Shown here piece by piece: positions 48,972 through 53,995 of a DNA stretch of 53,995 nt. This DNA comes from Ignisphaera sp. (GTDB lineage: Archaea > Thermoproteota > Thermoprotei_A > Sulfolobales > Ignisphaeraceae). Within the stretch, counting starts at the first letter, position 1. Each line of letters opens with the position of its first letter. The notes beneath the pieces were generated by a model. It worked only from the letters and a program-made list of their open reading frames with translations. It did not search any database and was not told where the DNA came from. The stretch spans positions 1 to 53,995 of the forward strand of contig JAWBDT010000014.1 in NCBI GenBank assembly GCA_038821645.1, given 5' to 3'. Made by a program: the position numbers and the translations under genes.

Positions 48972-50396
48972 CTATGATGTTACTTCGATACCTTCTCTTG
49001 CTAGTATAGCTCTAGCTACAACTATACCTGTAGCTGCTGCTACATTCATACCTCTCGATAGTCCTACACCATCTCCAGCTACAAACAGGTTTCGAAGGTT
49101 TGTTTCGAGTTCTCTAGATGTTCTAGCTTTCACGCTATAGAACTTTATCTCGGGAGCATATAGTAGTGTTTGTTGAGATGCTACGCCAGGAACTATTGTA
49201 TCCAATCTTCTTAGTGCTTCTACTATATTTACTACTACTCGATATGGATAAGCCATAGCTATATCTCCAGGAGTTACACTCTTTAATGTTGGATCAACTA
49301 CGCTTCTCTCTATTCTTCCCCATGTGCTTCTTCTACCAGCTTCTAGATCCCCGAATCTCTGAATGATTGGTTTACCTCCACCAAGTTTTGTTGCTAATCT
49401 AGATATGCTTTTTCCGTAAGCTATAGTGTCTTCAAATGGATCTGTAAGTCTTAATGTTACAAGAAGAGCAAAATTCGTATTCTTTGTCTTTATGTTTGTA
49501 AAGCTTTCTCCATTCACACCAACAGATCCATCAGGATATCTCTCTTCAACTACAAGTCCATATGGATTTGTACAAAACGTTCTTACCTTATCATCATAAC
49601 TTTTGGTATACATAACTATCTTTGGATCTCTAACAAGTTTCGTTAAGGGTTCCATAACATATGATGGAACCTCTACCCTTACCCCTATGTCTAGGGGACC
49701 TGGCTCTATCTCTATACCCCTTCTTCTAGCTAATTCTGAAAACCATTCAGCTCCTACTCTTCCTGGTGCAAGAACCACATATCTACTTTCTATAACCCCT
49801 TTACATGTCTTAAGCCTGTAGCCCTTAGCCGAAGGCTCTAGATCCTCCACTTGACACATGTCTATCAGGTATACACCTTCTTCTTCTAAGAATCCTGCAA
49901 TGTTTGCTATGACCTTTGGCATATTGTCTGAGCCTATCAATCTCTGAGGCGTTGGTATAAATTTTGCACCAGCTTTTGCTGCTAAACGTTCTAGCTCTGA
50001 TGCTTGTTCACCATCTATCGAGTATATGTTGTTTGGTGCACCAAATTTAACTAGTACGCTATCTACGTAATGGATAATGTTTTCTGCTTCTTCCCAACTA
50101 CCTATAAGCTTATCTAGATCTCCACCAACATCTGGTCTAAGATTCATTGTACCGCTACTAAATGTTATTGCTCCACCTATACCCGTCATAACATGACATG
50201 GACTACAGCTTACACAATCTCTATCTCTTGCAAGTTTCTTTAGGTTTAACATAGGGCATGTTCTAAAAGGATTACCGCTACCCATCTCTATAACTGTTAT
50301 CTTAAGCTTCTTTTTGTTGTGTATAGCTAGTTCATATGCAGCAAACAGACCTGCAACTCCACCTCCAACAATAGCTACATCGAATTCCTTCTCCAT
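48972..50396 (-). CDS. FAD-dependent oxidoreductase (COG2509-like)
   Basis: IVGGGVAG, GIGGA.TFS.G, APGRVG, DIGVRVE, RTFCTNP, YAPEIKFYS, AGDGVG. Confidence 0.88.
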   Translation of the reverse strand: MEKEFDVAIVGGGVAGLFAAYELAIHNKKKLKITVIEMGSGNPFRTCPMLNLKKLARDRDCVSCSPCHVMTGIGGAITFSSGTMNLRPDVGGDLDKLIGSWEEAENIIHYVDSVLVKFGAPNNIYSIDGEQASELERLAAKAGAKFIPTPQRLIGSDNMPKVIANIAGFLEEEGVYLIDMCQVEDLEPSAKGYRLKTCKGVIESRYVVLAPGRVGAEWFSELARRRGIEIEPGPLDIGVRVEVPSYVMEPLTKLVRDPKIVMYTKSYDDKVRTFCTNPYGLVVEERYPDGSVGVNGESFTNIKTKNTNFALLVTLRLTDPFEDTIAYGKSISRLATKLGGGKPIIQRFGDLEAGRRSTWGRIERSVVDPTLKSVTPGDIAMAYPYRVVVNIVEALRRLDTIVPGVASQQTLLYAPEIKFYSVKARTSRELETNLRNLFVAGDGVGLSRGMNVAAATGIVVARAILAREGIEVTS

Positions 50397-50403
50397 ATAA
50401 TCC

Positions 50404-51423
50404 TCACCAAAGCATTCCTAACTCCTTTCTTCTATCTATTGTACATAGAACATCTTCACCTGTACCAACTATAGTAATAGGGGTCTTGAGTTTATTCTCT
50501 ATATCTTCTATCCATTTTCTAGCCTCTTGTGAAAGTTTATACCATTCTCTAACACATTTGTCTTGTTTAAATAGCGAATCTAATCTGGTTAAAGCTATCT
50601 GTGTAGCTGAATTAAGCATTACAGCTCTTCTAGCTAGATCTATATTGAATGGAGCTACACGTCTAATCCTACCGGTAACTGTTCCTGTTTCTAGAAGCCC
50701 GAGTTTCTGAGCTTCTTCAAAACTCATTTCATTCTCTAGAGGACCTCCACCAACTCTTGTTACATAAGATTTGAACACAACTATGACATGGTCAACTCTC
50801 TTAGGACCTACGCCAACTTCCGATAGAAAAGCCGAAGCTATTGTATCTCTACTTGTTACATATGGATAGGTACCGTGGTAAAGACTTAGGTATGTCCCTT
50901 GGACACCTTCTATATAGACTAGTTCTCCTCTATCTAAAGCTTCATTAACTTCTAGAGCTACATCAGTAACCATATCCTTCAAATACTCTACATCTTTAGC
51001 CACCTTAAGTCTTCTGAGAACTCTATCAACCATAGCTGCTCCAACACCTTGAAGCGTAGATCCAACAGTTTTAACTAGAAATTCATCGCTTCTCTCTATC
51101 TCTACATGTTTTTCCTCTATTACACCTGTATTTCTATCTACGTATATCCTGTTCTTGACATTAGTTTCCTCAATTTCTTTAAATAATACATCTAACCTTA
51201 TTAATGCTCCTGCTGCTATCATTAGCTTTACGTTCTTACCTAAGAAAAATGATGGTACTATCCTAAGCCTCCATATAGTTCCATTGAAAATCACTGTATG
51301 TCCGGCATTTATAGAACCGCATCTAACTGCTATAGCTGGTTTATCTATGTATCCTAGATATGCCGCTATCTTACCTTTACCTTCATCTCCAAAAAATCCA
51401 CCAACAATAACAGCTAGAGGCAT
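50404..51423 (-). CDS. purA: Adenylosuccinate synthetase (short archaeal type)
   Basis: GGFFGDEGKGK, NAGHT, EGVQG, GTYPYVTS, YVTRVG, GTVTGR.RR. Confidence 0.96.
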   Translation of the reverse strand: MPLAVIVGGFFGDEGKGKIAAYLGYIDKPAIAVRCGSINAGHTVIFNGTIWRLRIVPSFFLGKNVKLMIAAGALIRLDVLFKEIEETNVKNRIYVDRNTGVIEEKHVEIERSDEFLVKTVGSTLQGVGAAMVDRVLRRLKVAKDVEYLKDMVTDVALEVNEALDRGELVYIEGVQGTYLSLYHGTYPYVTSRDTIASAFLSEVGVGPKRVDHVIVVFKSYVTRVGGGPLENEMSFEEAQKLGLLETGTVTGRIRRVAPFNIDLARRAVMLNSATQIALTRLDSLFKQDKCVREWYKLSQEARKWIEDIENKLKTPITIVGTGEDVLCTIDRRKELGMLW

Positions 51424-51622
51424 TAACTATTCACCACAAGAATAATGCACATTGTGTTATATATGTATGTTTTGTAGCTTTCTATAAGTATTATCTCTTC
51501 TATATGATTCACGATATCCTTTGCTTAAAGCTTTTCTAGACTAGAGTTATAAGGTTTTCGTACATACTTGCTACACTAGAGTAGATTTATGTATGTATTT
51601 GACAACATAAAACAGGTTTCAA

Positions 51623-51638
51623 AACACATATATGTGTT
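51623..51638. promoter_or_regulatory. 16-bp perfect palindrome over the likely TATA region of the aminotransferase gene
   Basis: AACACATA-TATGTGTT ending 30 nt before ATG 51669. Confidence 0.4.
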
Positions 51639-51668
51639 GTATAGCAATTCTATAACTTGTGAAGAACC

Positions 51669-53027
51669 ATGATTTTATGTGATCTAGATGATATAGTGTC
51701 TAGACTATCTAGTAGGTATGTGGAGAAAACAAGAAGAAGTAGAGAGATGTTTGAGAGAGCTTTAAGGATTTTTCCTGGAGGTGTTACGTACCATATAAGA
51801 TATCTAGAGCCTTACCCAATATATGTGTCAAGAGCTAAAGGATCTATTGTTTGGGATGTAGATGGAAATGAATATGATGATTATTGGATGGGTCATGGAG
51901 CACATATCCTTGGTCATTCACCTGATTTTGTTGTAGAAGCTGTTAACAAGATCTCTAGAGAGGGTACCCATTTTGGTTTTGAAAATATTTATGCTATTGA
52001 ATATGCAGAGCTTTTAACTAAGGTGGTACCAAATATAGAGATGATTAGATTCTGTAATAGTGGTACAGAAGCTAATATGTATGCTGTTAGACTTGCTCGT
52101 GCATATACCAAGAAGAGATACATCGTGAAAATTGAGGGTGGTTGGCATGGATCTCTAGATCAACTTCATGTAGCTCTTACACCACCTTTCACGGAACCAG
52201 AATCTCTAGGAATACCAAATGATTTTGTTAAATATACTGTTGCTGTTCCCTACAACGATATCGAGAATCTAGAGAAAGTTGCTAAAAGATTTGATGTAGC
52301 GGCTATAGTTATAGAGCCTGTTCCTGGTGCAGGTGGATGTATTGAGCCAGAGAAAAACTATCTCAAGGAAGTTAGACGTATTGCTGATGCCTATGGAGCT
52401 CTACTCATATTCGATGAAGTTATAACAGGATTTAGATTATCACTAGGTGGTGCACAAGAATACTTTAACGTTAAAGCAGATATTGTTGTTTTTGGAAAGA
52501 TTATTGGAGGTGGATATCCTGGTGCAGGTGCTTTTGCAGGCAAAAGAGAGTACATGGAGCTTCTAAACCATATAAAGTATCCAAGCCCTCGGCAAAGGGT
52601 ATTCCATGGAGGTACTTTCGTAGGTAACCCTATAACAATGATTGCAGGTTATACAACAATAGATTATCTGGCTAGAAATAGATCACTATATGAAGTATTT
52701 AACAATAGATGGTGGTATGTAGCTAAAAAGATGGATAAAATTTGTGAAGAATACAATAGAATTTGCTGGATAACTTCTACAGGAAGTATGATAGGGATAC
52801 ACTTCACTTCGAAAAAACCAAGAAATATAGCTGAAGCATACATGAATAGATGGAGTGAAAAAGTATACAAAGCGCTTCACTTATTCATGGTTACAAACAA
52901 TATTGTGTACTTAAGTGAGAAAATGCCGCACTTATTACCGTCGATGGCTCATAGCGAAACCCAGATATCAAGATTCATAGAAATGCTAGAACAATTCTTA
53001 TCAATAATAGCCAGAAGATCAAGCTAG
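51669..53027 (+). CDS. Class III PLP aminotransferase, glutamate-1-semialdehyde aminomutase-like
   Basis: FPGGV, WDVDGNEY.D, NSGTEA, GGWHG, FDEVITGFR, FGKIIGGG, GTFVGNP. Confidence 0.85.
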   Translation: MILCDLDDIVSRLSSRYVEKTRRSREMFERALRIFPGGVTYHIRYLEPYPIYVSRAKGSIVWDVDGNEYDDYWMGHGAHILGHSPDFVVEAVNKISREGTHFGFENIYAIEYAELLTKVVPNIEMIRFCNSGTEANMYAVRLARAYTKKRYIVKIEGGWHGSLDQLHVALTPPFTEPESLGIPNDFVKYTVAVPYNDIENLEKVAKRFDVAAIVIEPVPGAGGCIEPEKNYLKEVRRIADAYGALLIFDEVITGFRLSLGGAQEYFNVKADIVVFGKIIGGGYPGAGAFAGKREYMELLNHIKYPSPRQRVFHGGTFVGNPITMIAGYTTIDYLARNRSLYEVFNNRWWYVAKKMDKICEEYNRICWITSTGSMIGIHFTSKKPRNIAEAYMNRWSEKVYKALHLFMVTNNIVYLSEKMPHLLPSMAHSETQISRFIEMLEQFLSIIARRSS

Positions 53028-53080
53028 ATAGATAGAGTATGTAAAAATATTATAAAAATATATTATATTTTATACTTTAT

Positions 53081-53995
53081 TTATTTTGCTAATGCTCTTG
53101 AGATAGATATTGTTGCATAGATTGCTGCAGCTGCAGCTACAACAGCAAATACTAGTGCTATTATGACTAGTGTTCTTATTGTGCCAACACTATCCTCAAG
53201 ACCCTTAACACTTGAATCAATAGCTGATATCCTTCCTGCATCAGATTTGATTGCACTTACATCAGTTTTAAGACCTGTGACATCTGTTCTCAAGCTACTG
53301 ATATCGTTTCTCATTTGCGTTATATCGTCTCTAGCTTTCTGAAGTGCTTCAGTAGCCGATTTCACATTTGCACTTATCTCACGTATCTGATCTACAGGTA
53401 TTACGTCTCTAAGTTCTTTAACTATTCTACTTACTTCATCTAGTTTCTTTACACCTTCATCTAGAGCTGAAGCAAGTGCATCAACCTTCCTAGATACATC
53501 AATTACATCACTCTTAGTAGCAACACTCTTACCAAGATCAGCTACAGCCTTATCTATTCTATCAATTACACTACTGACTTCACCAATCTTTGAAGCAAGT
53601 GCATCAACCTTCCTAGATACATCAATTACATCACTCTTAGTAGCAACACTCTTACCAAGATCAGCTATAGAGTTCTTTAGTTCATCTATATTAGTCTCTA
53701 GCCATTTACGTAGAGCAGCTACAGCTGATTCTGCTCTACTTGCTGCATCACGTGCTGCTCCTACAGCTGTTTCTATTTCTGCTAATCTATTCATCAGTAC
53801 TGTTCTTAGTCTATCTATATCGTGTTTTGTTGACACTATACTTATATTGTTTATAACGAATACATAACTCGGCATTGAGTATTCTCTCTTAGCTACAGGA
53901 CCTGCAAAATAGACTAGCTTTACTTCATATGCCCCAGGCTCTAGAGCTGGTACATATATACCTAGTACATCTGTATATGGACTTGATAAAACTCC
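53081..53995 (-). CDS. C-terminal part of a large surface/S-layer stalk protein (runs off window end)
   Basis: The frame stays open for 40 more codons upstream of the track start (GVLSSPY...VPALEPGAYEVKL). Long coiled coil, then C-terminal TM and a short basic tail. Confidence 0.85.
   Translation of the reverse strand, partial: GVLSSPYTDVLGIYVPALEPGAYEVKLVYFAGPVAKREYSMPSYVFVINNISIVSTKHDIDRLRTVLMNRLAEIETAVGAARDAASRAESAVAALRKWLETNIDELKNSIADLGKSVATKSDVIDVSRKVDALASKIGEVSSVIDRIDKAVADLGKSVATKSDVIDVSRKVDALASALDEGVKKLDEVSRIVKELRDVIPVDQIREISANVKSATEALQKARDDITQMRNDISSLRTDVTGLKTDVSAIKSDAGRISAIDSSVKGLEDSVGTIRTLVIIALVFAVVAAAAAIYATISISRALAK
53468..53667. repeat. Identical 77-bp direct repeat (53468-53544 and 53591-53667)
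   Basis: Encodes ADLGKSVATKSDVIDVSRKVDALAS twice, with a 123-bp (41-aa) period. Confidence 0.95.

Noticed and set aside
975-52880. Many short antisense or overlapping ORFs in the track (e.g. 1352-1594, 2774-3193, 10169-10603, 17375-17734, 38809-39225, 45971-46303)
   Set aside because: They are shadows of well-supported genes on the opposite strand, with Ser/Ile/Leu-rich composition and no motifs
1-53995. CRISPR array or cas genes
   Set aside because: No regularly spaced repeats or Cas motifs seen; the only long repeat is intragenic
1-53995. Frequent TCTAGA/CTAG/AGCT/TATA short palindromes
   Set aside because: Spread throughout coding regions; reflects genome-wide codon and oligonucleotide bias

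Overview
AT-rich, gene-dense archaeal chromosomal segment. The gene set (PolB3, ESCRT-III/CdvB paralog, ThermoDBP-related DUF2258, L35Ae, stand-alone 5S rRNA, DUF1512) points to a hyperthermophilic crenarchaeon. Desulfurococcales, possibly Ignisphaera-like, is an inference. Most of the window is housekeeping: lysS (partial), ribK, polB3, dnaG, tyrS, pheST, map, lig, gatD, moaC, thiC, purA, tRNA-Leu(UAG) and 5S rRNA. Features not in the ORF track: a canonical C/D box sRNA (~1095-1167), a second C/D-like candidate (~33033-33089), a decayed TnpB/IS605-family relic (~5739-6195) and two palindromic operator candidates. The most unusual region is 43.2-48.8 kb. It holds a processive GT2 glycosyltransferase, a type IV pilin and two TadB/C-type membrane genes with no ATPase. 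These are followed by a 352-aa protein that reads by eye as a TFB N-terminus (B-ribbon/B-reader) fused to a divergent two-repeat TBP fold, facing a 95-aa single TBP-like domain protein. This is a candidate one-polypeptide alternative transcription initiation factor. All family calls come from motif recognition by eye; no searches were run. No CRISPR array or intact mobile element was seen.
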